NCBI RefSeq assembly: GCF_051860625.1
Contig: NZ_JBHYDQ010000016.1
Location: 4,156 to 68,155 of the forward strand
Length of the DNA: 64,000 bases
Source of the DNA: Sandarakinorhabdus sp.
Lineage (GTDB): Bacteria > Pseudomonadota > Alphaproteobacteria > Sphingomonadales > Sphingomonadaceae
Direction: 5' to 3'
Program-made: the position numbers and the translations under genes
Part shown: positions 18,096-27,904 of the stretch, in pieces
Numbering within the stretch: the first letter of the stretch is position 1
Layout: each line of letters starts with the position of its first letter
The notes under the pieces: generated by a model
The model's database searches: none
Told to the model about the DNA's origin: nothing
Seen by the model: the letters and a program-made list of their open reading frames with translations, nothing else

Positions 18096-19774
18096 AGCGT
18101 GGGCTCAAGATCCTGCTCGGCAGTGTCGCGCTGGTTGGTGCCGGGCTCTACTTGTCGGCGGATTATATCAAGCTCAACATCAACCACTGGCTGAGCACGC
18201 CGACCGAACCGAACCGGCCGGTGGTGTGGCAAGCGGGCCCGGCAGAGGCTGCTGCTGAACAGCGCCCGCCGAACATCGTGCTGATCGTCGCCGATGATCT
18301 GGGCTTCAATGATGTGACCATTACCGGTGAAGGGGTGGGCGGCACGGCGACGCCCAATATCGATGCCATCGGCCACGAAGGCGTGGTGTTTTCGGAAGGC
18401 TATGCCGGCAACGCCACCTGCGCGCCGAGCCGCGCCGCGCTGCTCACCGGGCGTTATGCCACCCGCTTTGGCTATGAATTCACGCCCACCGACGTGAAAC
18501 TGCCAGGCTGGTTCCCGACCAGCCTGTTCCGCCCCGATGCCATGTTCGCCCGCAACATCGCCGAACAGAAAACCGACTGGGCGGTGAAGGCCGTGTTCGA
18601 TGAAGAGGCGGCAGCCAATCTGCCACCGCCGGGCAACAAGGGCATGCCGGCCAGTGAAATCACCATTGCCGAAATCTTGCGCACCCGCGGCTATCACAAT
18701 ATCCATTTGGGCAAATGGCATCTGGGCGAGGCGGCGGGCATGCGGCCCGAAGATCAGGGCTTTGACGAAAGCCTGGGTTTCATCATCGGCGGCCAGATGT
18801 TCCTGCCGGAAAATGATCCCAACGTGGTCAATTCGAAACAGGATTTCGATCCGATCGACCGCTTCCTGTGGGCCAATCTGCCATTTTCAGTGCAGTATAA
18901 TGGCGGGCCACGCTTTGCGCCCGACAAGTACATGACCGACTATCTCACCGATCAGGCGCTGTCGGCGATCCGAACCAACCGCAACCGGCCGTTCTTCATG
19001 TATCTGGCCTATAACGCGCCGCACACGCCGTTGCAGGCGCTGAAAAGCGATTATGATGCGCTGTCGAACATCAAGGATCATCGCCGCCGGGTCTATGCCG
19101 CGATGGTGCGCGCCGTGGACCGCGGGGTCGGCAAACTGATGGCCGAGCTGAAAGCCCAGGGCCTGGATGACAACACGCTGGTGATCTTCACGTCCGACAA
19201 TGGCGGCGCCCATTATGTCGGCCTGCCCGAACTCAACCGGCCCTATCGCGGCTGGAAAGCCACTTATTATGAAGGCGGCACCCATGTGCCGTTCCTGATG
19301 CGATGGCCGGCGCGCATCCCGGCGGGCAGCACCTATGCCAATCCGGTCAGCCAGTTCGATATCTATTCCACCGCCGCCGCCGCCGCCGGGGCATCGGCGC
19401 CCACGGATCGTGTTGTGGATGGCGTCGATCTGGCGCCGTTCGTGACGGGCGAAGCACCAGGGGTGCCGCACCGCACCTTGTTCTGGCGATCGGGCGGTTA
19501 TCGGGTCGTGCTGCACGATGGCTGGAAACTGCACAGCCTCGGCCAGCAGCGCGAAATCCGGCTGTACAATCTGGCCACTGATCCGACCGAACGCACCAAC
19601 CTCGCCGCGCAACAGCCGGCGCGCGTGGCCGAACTGCAGGCGATGCTGGTGGCGCATGATCGCCAGCAGATGCCGCCGGCCTGGCCCAGCCTGATCCGGT
19701 CGCCGATCCCGATCGATCGGCCGCTGGGGGTGAAATCGTCACCGCGCGATGACTATATATATTGGTGGAACTGA
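18092..19774 (+). CDS. Cys-type sulfatase, N-terminally anchored
   Basis: IVLIVADDLGFND and CAPSRAALLTGRY signature. N-terminal TM KILLGSVALVGAGLYL. Confidence 0.85.
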   Translation: MKRGLKILLGSVALVGAGLYLSADYIKLNINHWLSTPTEPNRPVVWQAGPAEAAAEQRPPNIVLIVADDLGFNDVTITGEGVGGTATPNIDAIGHEGVVFSEGYAGNATCAPSRAALLTGRYATRFGYEFTPTDVKLPGWFPTSLFRPDAMFARNIAEQKTDWAVKAVFDEEAAANLPPPGNKGMPASEITIAEILRTRGYHNIHLGKWHLGEAAGMRPEDQGFDESLGFIIGGQMFLPENDPNVVNSKQDFDPIDRFLWANLPFSVQYNGGPRFAPDKYMTDYLTDQALSAIRTNRNRPFFMYLAYNAPHTPLQALKSDYDALSNIKDHRRRVYAAMVRAVDRGVGKLMAELKAQGLDDNTLVIFTSDNGGAHYVGLPELNRPYRGWKATYYEGGTHVPFLMRWPARIPAGSTYANPVSQFDIYSTAAAAAGASAPTDRVVDGVDLAPFVTGEAPGVPHRTLFWRSGGYRVVLHDGWKLHSLGQQREIRLYNLATDPTERTNLAAQQPARVAELQAMLVAHDRQQMPPAWPSLIRSPIPIDRPLGVKSSPRDDYIYWWN

Positions 19775-19814
19775 CGGTTGCAGTGAAACTCGACTGGTGT
19801 AATCTTGCATCATT

Positions 19815-20408
19815 ATGAAGCTGCCGGAATTTCATGAAACGGATGGCCGCCGCAAGCGTTCCCTTGCCAGTCGGGAACGCATCATCGAAGCTTTCATCGC
19901 GTTGATTGACGAGGATATTCTTCCGCCCAGCGCCGAAAATATCGCTGCGCGGGCCGAGGTCGGCCTGCGCAGCGTATTCCGCCATTTCGGCGACATGGAT
20001 TCGCTGTACACCGCCGTGATGGACCGGATCGGCCGGCGCTATCTGCACATGCTGGAACCGTATCGGAGCACCACCTGGATCGAACAGGTGCGCGAAGGGC
20101 TGGAACGGCGGATGATCCTGTTCGAAGGCGGGCTGGGTTATCGCCGGGCCGCCGATCTGTATCGATCGGGGTCGGACACGGTGCGGATCGGGCGGCGGAC
20201 GTTCGAACAGATGCTGCGGGCCAGGCTGGAATCGGTCGTACCCGAGGCGGCGCGCAGCGACAGCCTGTGGTTCGAGCAGCTTGATCAGTGGCTGAGCCTC
20301 GATTGCTATGCCAGCCTGCGGGATCGGCGCGGGATGCGCCATGTGGAAGCGATGGCGGTGATCACCGCTGCCGTCGAAGCGCTGCTGGCCAACAAGGCCG
20401 CCATCTGA
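19815..20408 (+). CDS. TetR/AcrR-family transcriptional regulator
   Basis: N-terminal HTH region RERIIEAFIALIDEDILPPSAENIAARAEVGLRSVFRHF. Confidence 0.7.
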   Translation: MKLPEFHETDGRRKRSLASRERIIEAFIALIDEDILPPSAENIAARAEVGLRSVFRHFGDMDSLYTAVMDRIGRRYLHMLEPYRSTTWIEQVREGLERRMILFEGGLGYRRAADLYRSGSDTVRIGRRTFEQMLRARLESVVPEAARSDSLWFEQLDQWLSLDCYASLRDRRGMRHVEAMAVITAAVEALLANKAAI

Positions 20409-20486
20409 ATTTCTTTGCGAGTCGCCCGGCTGGCGGGTAGAGCATCGCGCTTTCGCGACACGTTCGAACTTTGGGAACCTTGGGTC

Positions 20487-21002
20487 ATGGCAAGCGAAGC
20501 CGCCCCCACCGCCGATGTTCGGGTGGGCATCATCATGGGCAGCCAGTCGGACTGGCAGACGATGACGCACGCCGCCGAGACGCTGTCTGCGCTGGGGGTC
20601 GGCCATGAAACCCGCATCGTGTCGGCGCATCGCACGCCCGATAGGCTGTATGATTATGCCCGATCGGCGGCCGGGCGCGGCCTGCAGGTGATCGTTGCGG
20701 GCGCCGGCGGCGCAGCCCATCTGCCCGGCATGGCCGCCGCGCTCACTGCGCTGCCGGTGCTGGGCGTGCCGGTGGAATCGCGGACGCTGAAGGGCATCGA
20801 TAGCCTGCTTTCCATCGTGCAGATGCCGGCGGGCGTGCCGGTGGGCACATTTGCCATCGGCAAGGCGGGCGCGGTGAACGCCGCGCTGCAGGCCGCGGCC
20901 ATCCTGGCGCTGAACGACGCGGCGCTGGCCGAACGGCTGGCGGCCTGGCGGCAGGCACAGACCGACGCGGTGGCCGATGCCCCGTCCGACAGCCTGCCCT
21001 GA
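20487..21002 (+). CDS. purE: N5-carboxyaminoimidazole ribonucleotide mutase
   Basis: [18 protein letters not shown] and [10 protein letters not shown] motifs. ATG 20487. Confidence 0.9.
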   Translation: MASEAAPTADVRVGIIMGSQSDWQTMTHAAETLSALGVGHETRIVSAHRTPDRLYDYARSAAGRGLQVIVAGAGGAAHLPGMAAALTALPVLGVPVESRTLKGIDSLLSIVQMPAGVPVGTFAIGKAGAVNAALQAAAILALNDAALAERLAAWRQAQTDAVADAPSDSLP

Positions 21003-21006
21003 CGCG

Positions 21007-22074
21007 ATGATGCTGCCACCCGGTTCGACCATCGGCATCCTGGGCGGAGGCCAATTGGGGCGCATGCTGGCCATGGCGGCGGCGGCGCTTGGCTACCGCT
21101 GTCATGTCTTTGCGCCGGAAGCCGAATTGCCGGCGGCCGACGTGTCTGCGGCCGTGACCCGCGCCGATTATGCCGACCGGGCCGCGCTGTCGGCCTTTGC
21201 CGCGGCGGTCGATGTGGTGACGTTCGAGTGGGAAAATGTCGATCCGGCCGCGGTGCGCCATCTGGCGCAGACAGTGCCTGTCCATCCCGGCGCGCACAGC
21301 CTGGAAGTGGCGCAGGACCGGCTGGCCGAAAAGCAGTTCGTCGAATGGCTGGGCGGCCGCACCGCCCCCTGGGTCCAGGTCGACAGCCGCGCCGGCCTGG
21401 ATGAAGCCATTGCCCGCATCGGCACGCCGGCCATCCTGAAAACCCGGCGCTTCGGTTACGACGGCAAGGGCCAGGCGCGGATCATGGCGGCTGGCGATGC
21501 CGATGCCGCGTGGGACGCCATCGACGGGCAGCCGGCGATCCTGGAGGCGATGGTCAAATTCGCCAACGAATATAGCGTGATCCTGTGCCGGAGCCAGGAT
21601 GGCGCCATGGTGCACTGGCCGGTGCCGGTGAACCTGCACAAGGGCGGCATCCTCGCGACCTCCAGCCTGCCGGTGCCAGTGCTGGTGCGATCACAAACCG
21701 AAGCTGCGGTGGCGCTGGCTCGCACCATCGCGGAAAAGCTCGGCCACATCGGCGTGCTGACCTGCGAATTCTTTGCCTGCATGGATGGGCTGCGCTTCAA
21801 TGAAATGGCGCCGCGGGTACACAACAGCGGCCATTGGACGATCGAGGGCAGTGCTACCAGCCAGTTCGAGAACCATATCCGGGCCCTGTGCGGCCTGCCG
21901 TTGCGGCCGACCGATCTGGTGTCACCGCAGGTCGAGATGACCAATCTGATCGGCGCCGACGCCGATGACTGGTCGAGATTTCTGTCTGACCCTGCCCTGC
22001 ACGTGCATCTTTATGGCAAAGGTGAAGGCCGGCCGGGTCGCAAGATGGGGCATGTGACCCGGCTGGGCAAATAA
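21007..22074 (+). CDS. purK: N5-carboxyaminoimidazole ribonucleotide synthase
   Basis: ILGGGQLGRM, ATP-grasp core, HNSGHWT. Immediately follows purE. Confidence 0.9.
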   Translation: MMLPPGSTIGILGGGQLGRMLAMAAAALGYRCHVFAPEAELPAADVSAAVTRADYADRAALSAFAAAVDVVTFEWENVDPAAVRHLAQTVPVHPGAHSLEVAQDRLAEKQFVEWLGGRTAPWVQVDSRAGLDEAIARIGTPAILKTRRFGYDGKGQARIMAAGDADAAWDAIDGQPAILEAMVKFANEYSVILCRSQDGAMVHWPVPVNLHKGGILATSSLPVPVLVRSQTEAAVALARTIAEKLGHIGVLTCEFFACMDGLRFNEMAPRVHNSGHWTIEGSATSQFENHIRALCGLPLRPTDLVSPQVEMTNLIGADADDWSRFLSDPALHVHLYGKGEGRPGRKMGHVTRLGK

Positions 22075-23715
22075 CTAGCGGGCTTTGGGGGCTTTCGCTG
22101 CGGCAGGCGCAAAGGCGGTGCCGAAATAATCGCCTTCATACCAGCGCGGTGCGGCCTTGGCGTCGGCCAGGCGGCGGATGATGCCGATATTGACCCGGGT
22201 CCATTTCGCCGCCGCCGCCCAATCGAACGGCAGGTCCAGTTGGTCGGAAACTTCGTGATAATTGTTCACGCGGAACTGGCGCTCGGCTTCCTTGCACGAC
22301 TGGCCGCCCTTGCTGTCGGTCCAGCCGGTTTTCAGGAACACCGACGGCACGCCCTTGCGGACGAAGGGATAATGGTCAGACCGGGTGAACACTGCTTCTT
22401 CGGGCTGCGGGTCGGGCGACAGGCCAAGGCCTTCGGCTTTGGCGGCTGCCGCCACCACCGGGCCGATGGTCGAACGATCGCCACCAAAGGCCACCACATC
22501 ACCGAAATCGCAGGTCAGGATTGGCATGTCGATGTTCACGTCTGCAACGATACGCTTCACATCCACGGTCGGCTGGCGGGAGAAATAATCGGCACCGAGC
22601 AGACCGGATTCCTCGGCCGTGGTGGCCAGGAACAGCACGCTGCGCTTGGGCGGCGCCTTGGCCAGCGCCGTGGCGGCCTCCAGCAAGGTGGCGCTGCCCG
22701 ACGCATTGTCCATCGCGCCGTTGTAGATCGCGTCTTCGCCCGGCTTGGCATCAGCCTTGATGCCGACATGATCGAGGTGCGCGGAAATCACCACGATTTC
22801 AGCCGACAATGTGGGATCGGTGCCCGGCAGCAGGCCCAGCACATTGGGGCTGGTGATGCGCTGCACGTCGGTGGCGCGGCCAACGGTCAGGGTGCCGGTC
22901 AGCGGGAAGCCCTTGACCGGGCCCGCCTTGGCCGCCAGGCGAATGGCGGCAAAATCCTGGCCGACCGCGGCGAACAGGGCGGTGGCGGCGGCATCCTCGA
23001 TGTTGGCGCGCACCTTCAGCCCGGCGCCATCGCCCAGCGGCTGGCCATCGGCCCCGAGCAGCAGGCGCCGCGGCAGGCGCGCACTGCGCACCGATTTTTC
23101 CCAGGGCAGCCGGTCTGCTTCTTTCTGGGTGCGCACGTTGATCAGGCCGATGGCGCCGGCCGCCTGGGCCGCGATCGCCTTGGAGGTGCGGGCGAGGTGG
23201 GCGGCCACTTCGCTGTTCATCCCATCGGGCGCGCCAGACAGCACGACCACATATTTGCCGCGCACATCGAGGCCGGCGAAATCATCGATGCCTTGCGATT
23301 TGTCGACGAGGCCATAGCCCGCGAACACCAGCCCGCCGCTGATTTCCTCGGTGCCGGCGGCCGGGCCGGGTGCCAGGCTCATGCCGGTGCCGTTCTCCAG
23401 GGTCAGGCGCTGGGTGCCGAGATCGAACACGGCTGTCTCACGCGCGCTGGCGAAGCGGCTTTCGGCGAAGCTGACGCGTTGATACCAGGTGCCGCTATCT
23501 CCAGCGGGTTGCAGGCCCACCCGTGCGAAATGCTGGGCGACATAATTGGCGGCAATCTCGTGCCCGCGCGTGCCCAATCCGCGCCCTTCCAGCAGGTCAT
23601 CAGCCAGAAAGGCGACATGGGCGCGGAACGAGGCCGCCAACGGATCAGAGGTGGTGGGCGCGGCTGCGGCGATGAGCGGCAGGGCGGCGGTGAGGAGGAG
23701 CAAGCGCTTGTTCAT
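22075..23715 (-). CDS. M28-family aminopeptidase with PA domain, secreted
   Basis: Signal MNKRLLLLTAALPLIAAAAP. SAHLDHVG, GAMDNASG, TAEESGLLG motifs. Confidence 0.8.
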   Translation of the reverse strand: MNKRLLLLTAALPLIAAAAPTTSDPLAASFRAHVAFLADDLLEGRGLGTRGHEIAANYVAQHFARVGLQPAGDSGTWYQRVSFAESRFASARETAVFDLGTQRLTLENGTGMSLAPGPAAGTEEISGGLVFAGYGLVDKSQGIDDFAGLDVRGKYVVVLSGAPDGMNSEVAAHLARTSKAIAAQAAGAIGLINVRTQKEADRLPWEKSVRSARLPRRLLLGADGQPLGDGAGLKVRANIEDAAATALFAAVGQDFAAIRLAAKAGPVKGFPLTGTLTVGRATDVQRITSPNVLGLLPGTDPTLSAEIVVISAHLDHVGIKADAKPGEDAIYNGAMDNASGSATLLEAATALAKAPPKRSVLFLATTAEESGLLGADYFSRQPTVDVKRIVADVNIDMPILTCDFGDVVAFGGDRSTIGPVVAAAAKAEGLGLSPDPQPEEAVFTRSDHYPFVRKGVPSVFLKTGWTDSKGGQSCKEAERQFRVNNYHEVSDQLDLPFDWAAAAKWTRVNIGIIRRLADAKAAPRWYEGDYFGTAFAPAAAKAPKAR

Positions 23716-23777
23716 TGGCGAGGCTTATCAGGCGCGCTAGACGGGTGCAAACCCCAGCAATAACGAGAAGGCCGGGC

Positions 23778-26576
23778 ATGCTGAAGCGATTGATGACGAT
23801 GGTGGCCGGTGCGGCGCTGCTTTGGGCCGGCCATGTTGCTGCACAACCGGTGGTGGCGCCCACAAGCATTGCCAGCCTCGTCGATCAGGTCAGCCTGCCA
23901 TACGAACAATTCACGCTGCCCAATGGCCTGCGCGTGATCGTGCACACCGATCGCAAGGCGCCGATCGTGGCGGTCAGTGTCTGGTATCACATCGGATCCA
24001 AGGATGAACCGGAAGGCAAGTCCGGCTTTGCGCATCTGTTCGAACATCTGATGTTCTATGGCAGCGAGAATAATGACGGCGTGTTCTTCAAGAAGCTGGA
24101 GGATGTCGGCGCCACCAATGCTAACGGCACCACCTGGTTCGATCGCACCAATTATTTCGAGAATGTCCCCACCCAGGCGCTGGAACTGGCGCTGTATCTG
24201 GAAAGTGATCGCATGGGCTGGCTGCTCGGCGCAGTCACCCAGGCCAAGCTGGATGCGCAGCGCGGGGTGGTGCAGAATGAAAAGCGCCAGGGTGAAAACC
24301 GGCCGCTGGGGCTGACGCAGGAAGCCACGTTGAAGGCGCTGTTCCCGGCCGGCCATCCCTATGCCCACGACACGATCGGTTCGATGGCCGATCTGAACGC
24401 GGCGTCGCTGGCCGATGTGCAGGCCTGGTTCCGCGCCAATTATGGCCCGAACAATGCCGTGCTGGTGCTGGCCGGCGATATCGACGTTGCCATGGCGCGC
24501 ACATTGGTCACGAAATATTTCGGTGCCATCCCGCGTGGGCCGGAGGTGAAGCGGCTGCCGGCGCCGGTGCCGAACTGGACCCAGGAACGCCGCGAGACAC
24601 TGCAGGATCGCATTCCCAGCCCGCGCATCAGCTTCACCTGGACCGTGCCGGGCCGGCTGGATGAAGCGGCTGCCCTGAACGACATTGCCTTGACCGTGCT
24701 CGCCGGCGGCGCGTCTTCGCGGCTGTACAACGCGCTGGTGCGGGAATCGCGGCTGGCGGTATCGGTGGGCGGCGGTGTGCAGGCGTTTGAGCAGGTGGGC
24801 ATGGCAGAGATCGAGGTGACATTGTCGCCGGATGCCAAGCTGGCGGATGTCGAGGCCAAGGTGAAAGCAGTGCTGGCCGAGTTCATCGCCAATGGCCCCA
24901 CCGCCGATGAAGTGGCGCGCGTCGCCACCCGCAACGTTGCCAGCACCATTCGCGGGCTGGAAGCGGTGGGCGGCTTTGGCGGCAAGGCGGTCGCGCTGGC
25001 CGAAGGCGCCGTCTATGCGGGTGATCCGGCATTTTTCCGCACTGAATTGGGCTGGTACGCCAATGCCACGCCGGCCGCCGTGCAGGCTGCGGCCAAGCGC
25101 TGGCTGGCGCAGGGCGCCTATGTGCAGACCGTGCTGCCCGGTGAACGCCCGGCCGCCGAAGAGGTGCCGCCGCCGCCCAAGGTCGCAGCCGGTGCGCCGC
25201 CGGCGAAAGGCCCGCCGCGCATGGCCGAGCCCATGGTTGGCGCGCCACCGCTGCTGCAGTGGCCCGAGATCGAACGTTTCACCCTGGCCAATGGCCTGAA
25301 GGTGGAACTGGCCCGCCGCACCACGGTGCCGTTGGTGCGCATGCTGTTCAGCGTCGATGCCGGCATGGCTGCCGATGAGCGAAGCCAGATGGGCATTCAA
25401 CAGATGGTATTGGCGCTGCTCGATGAAGGCCATGATGGTCTGTCTGGCCCCGAAATTGCCGAACTGCGCGAACGGCTGGGCGCCGGCATTGGTGCCGGTG
25501 CGGGGCTCGATCGCACCAAGCTGACGCTGGATGCGCTGAAATCCAATCTGCCGCAGTCGCTGCAATTGTTTGCCGCCATCGTCCAACGCCCGGATTTCCC
25601 ACCGGCCGAACTGGAACGGGTGCGCGGCCAGGTGCTGAGCGCGCTGGCACAGGAAGCCAGCAATCCCAATGGCATCGCGCGGCGCCTGCTGACGCCGTCG
25701 CTGTATGGCACGGCCCACCCCTATGGCGCGCCGCCGAGCGGGCTGGGCACGCCAGCCAGTGTGAAGGCGCTGACCCGCGATGCGCTGATCACCTGGCACA
25801 AGCGCTGGATCCGGCCCGACAATGGCACGCTGTTCGTTGCCGGTGACATCACGGCGGCCGAACTGAAGCCGTTGCTCGAAGCTGCGTTCGGGCGCTGGAC
25901 GGCAGACCCGGCGGTGCCGCGCGGCACCGTGCAGGCCGCTGCGGCAGCGGCTGCCAGGCCGGCGCGCATCCTGTTCGTCGATCGCCCGAACAGCCCGCAG
26001 AGCCTGATCCTGGCCGGCAGCCTGTTGCCGATCAGCGGCGCTGAGGATCTGATCGCCCAGCGCGCCGCTGCCGACGTGCTGGGCGGGCTGTCGACCAGCC
26101 GCATCAACACCAACATCCGCGAGGAGAAGAACTGGGCCTATGGCGCCTATGCCGGGTTGTCGGATGGCAAGGGCCAGTTGCACAGCCTGATCTATGCCCC
26201 GGTGCAGACCGATCGCACCGCCGACAGCATCAAGGCCATCATCGCCGATATCGCCGCAATCAAGACGACGCGGCCGATCACGGCCGAAGAACGCGGCCGC
26301 ACCATTGCCAACAGCGTGCTCGCGCTGCCCGGTGAATTCGAACGCGGCAGCAGCTTCCTGTCGGCGATGGAGCGCAACCAGTTGCTCGGCCGCCCCGATG
26401 ATTATTACACCACCGCTGCCCGTCGGCTGGGGGCGCTGACGGTGGCTGATCTCAACAAGGCGGTGCAATTGTTTGATACGAACCAGCTCCTGTGGGTGGT
26501 GGTTGGTGATCGTGCGAAGGTGGAACCGCAATTGCAGACGCTCGGCCTGCCGGTGGAGGTGGTTAAGGTTGAGTGA
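23778..26576 (+). CDS. M16-family (pitrilysin/insulinase-like) zinc peptidase, two-unit fusion
   Basis: ATG 23778 with signal MLKRLMTMVAGAALLWAGHVAA. Inverted zinc motif HLFEHLMF. About 930 aa, typical of a fused M16 pair. Confidence 0.85.
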   Translation: MLKRLMTMVAGAALLWAGHVAAQPVVAPTSIASLVDQVSLPYEQFTLPNGLRVIVHTDRKAPIVAVSVWYHIGSKDEPEGKSGFAHLFEHLMFYGSENNDGVFFKKLEDVGATNANGTTWFDRTNYFENVPTQALELALYLESDRMGWLLGAVTQAKLDAQRGVVQNEKRQGENRPLGLTQEATLKALFPAGHPYAHDTIGSMADLNAASLADVQAWFRANYGPNNAVLVLAGDIDVAMARTLVTKYFGAIPRGPEVKRLPAPVPNWTQERRETLQDRIPSPRISFTWTVPGRLDEAAALNDIALTVLAGGASSRLYNALVRESRLAVSVGGGVQAFEQVGMAEIEVTLSPDAKLADVEAKVKAVLAEFIANGPTADEVARVATRNVASTIRGLEAVGGFGGKAVALAEGAVYAGDPAFFRTELGWYANATPAAVQAAAKRWLAQGAYVQTVLPGERPAAEEVPPPPKVAAGAPPAKGPPRMAEPMVGAPPLLQWPEIERFTLANGLKVELARRTTVPLVRMLFSVDAGMAADERSQMGIQQMVLALLDEGHDGLSGPEIAELRERLGAGIGAGAGLDRTKLTLDALKSNLPQSLQLFAAIVQRPDFPPAELERVRGQVLSALAQEASNPNGIARRLLTPSLYGTAHPYGAPPSGLGTPASVKALTRDALITWHKRWIRPDNGTLFVAGDITAAELKPLLEAAFGRWTADPAVPRGTVQAAAAAAARPARILFVDRPNSPQSLILAGSLLPISGAEDLIAQRAAADVLGGLSTSRINTNIREEKNWAYGAYAGLSDGKGQLHSLIYAPVQTDRTADSIKAIIADIAAIKTTRPITAEERGRTIANSVLALPGEFERGSSFLSAMERNQLLGRPDDYYTTAARRLGALTVADLNKAVQLFDTNQLLWVVVGDRAKVEPQLQTLGLPVEVVKVE

Positions 26577-26746
26577 GCCTATCCCTGCTCCCTCGAGAGA
26601 AGGTGCATGTAGCTGCAGTTTATGGGGTTGAGTTTGTTGGTCATGCGATAGGCGGCTGCCGATATAGGGAATCATATTATCGGGTGATAAATCACTATGG
26701 ACGGGCTCGAATATTGATAAGCCTTTTTCTAGCTTCGTGGTATTTT

Positions 26747-27184
26747 TCAGTCGGCTTGTTGACCGATGTCAAAATTCCGAGTTGCAAGCGCCCGTTGACA
26801 AATCGGATTTAATTGGGAAACATTGAGGGCATACAAGCGTTCCAATTCGACAACATCGCAAGTCTGCATTGGCAGTAGGATGACCTGATTGCAGAAGCTG
26901 CAACGTGAACCAGTCGGCTCGACTGAGGAACTGCAGAACCGGCATTTCTTGGCGTCCGCCTTTATAGACTCGGCGCAGGCAGGGCATATGCGGCTTTTTT
27001 CTTCAATAACGACGGCGTTTTGCGACCCGGAAGCTTGTATTTCGCGTGAAGCTAATACTGCAGCAAGAAGTGCGAATGGTCCGAGAAGGCAACCGAGTAG
27101 GAACCACCCAAACCCGCTGCGTCCCTTGCCGGATGCTATAATAGACGCTGCGATGGCGCAGGCCACCCAAATAGCAAAATACAT
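26747..27184 (-). CDS. membrane-anchored zinc-ribbon protein (orphan) in an AT-rich islet
   Basis: Two N-terminal TM helices (GKGRSGFGWFLLGCLLGPFALL), then CPACAESIKADAKKCRFC and CSFC Cys pairs. Codon usage is visibly AT-richer than in the neighbours. Confidence 0.6.
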   Translation of the reverse strand: MYFAIWVACAIAASIIASGKGRSGFGWFLLGCLLGPFALLAAVLASREIQASGSQNAVVIEEKSRICPACAESIKADAKKCRFCSSSVEPTGSRCSFCNQVILLPMQTCDVVELERLYALNVSQLNPICQRALATRNFDIGQQAD

Positions 27185-27238
27185 ATTATACGTCTCCCCC
27201 TGAATTAATTGTGAAAAGTAAACGTGGCGTTCCCTTGA

Positions 27239-27892
27239 TCACACCTCGCCGGCGATGATCCGCCGGATGACCTTTTCGAACGTCGCCGGTGGCTGCCCAC
27301 CCATGATCGCATATTTGCCGTTGAAGATGATGGCGGGTACGGCGTGGATATCCTGTTCTTCCCGCCAGAAGGCCTGATCGGCGCGGACTTGCTCGGCATA
27401 ACGGCCCGAGGCGAGCACGTCGCGGGCGGCTTCGGCGTCGAGGCCGGCAGTTGCGGCGGCGCAAATCAGGGTTTCGGGGTCGTTCAGCGGTTCACCGCGG
27501 GTGAAATGCGCTTCGAACAGGGCGGTTTTCAATTGATGCGCGCGCCCGGCCAGTTCGGCCCAGTGCAGCAGGCGGTGGCAATCGTGGGTGTTCCAGATCA
27601 TGCTATCTGGCCCGCCCCGGAAGCTGAAGCCCAATTGCTCGCCCATCGTCTTGATGTGATTGCGGGCCTCGCTGCCTTCGGCGGGGGAGCGGCCATATTT
27701 GCGGGCGATGTGATCGGCGCTGTTTTCGCCTTCCGGCGGCATCGTCGGGTTCAGTTCAAACGGGTGGAAATGCCAATCCGGCTGCACCACGCCATCCAGA
27801 TTGGTCAGTGCCTGTTCCAGCGCCTTCATGCCGATCACGCACCAGGGGCAGACGACGTCGGAAACGAAATCGATACGCAGCGGCGTTGTCAT
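27239..27892 (-). CDS. DsbA-family (FrnE-like) oxidoreductase
   Basis: IDFVSDVVCPWCVIG active-site CPWC. Confidence 0.8.
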   Translation of the reverse strand: MTTPLRIDFVSDVVCPWCVIGMKALEQALTNLDGVVQPDWHFHPFELNPTMPPEGENSADHIARKYGRSPAEGSEARNHIKTMGEQLGFSFRGGPDSMIWNTHDCHRLLHWAELAGRAHQLKTALFEAHFTRGEPLNDPETLICAAATAGLDAEAARDVLASGRYAEQVRADQAFWREEQDIHAVPAIIFNGKYAIMGGQPPATFEKVIRRIIAGEV

Positions 27893-27904
27893 GCGGCGGC
27901 TCCT

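Noticed and set aside
20409-20486. Purine or ZTP-type riboswitch upstream of purE
   Set aside because: The 78-nt spacer is too short and lacks the conserved ZTP (pfl) or purine-riboswitch core sequences that I can recall.
19347-21074. 575-aa minus-strand ORF across sulfatase, TetR and purE. Similar long shadows are at 42252..43898, 48230..49969, 49966..51237, 12615..13673 and 10417..12339.
   Set aside because: Each crosses several independently supported genes or sits antisense to one. These are GC-driven open frames.
23712-26675. 987-aa minus-strand ORF opposite the M16 peptidase
   Set aside because: It is antisense to a gene with a clear HxxEH zinc motif and signal peptide, and has no motifs of its own.
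26573-26812. 79-aa plus-strand ORF in the AT-rich islet
   Set aside because: It overlaps the 3' end of the better-supported minus-strand zinc-ribbon gene. It has no RBS and an implausible composition.
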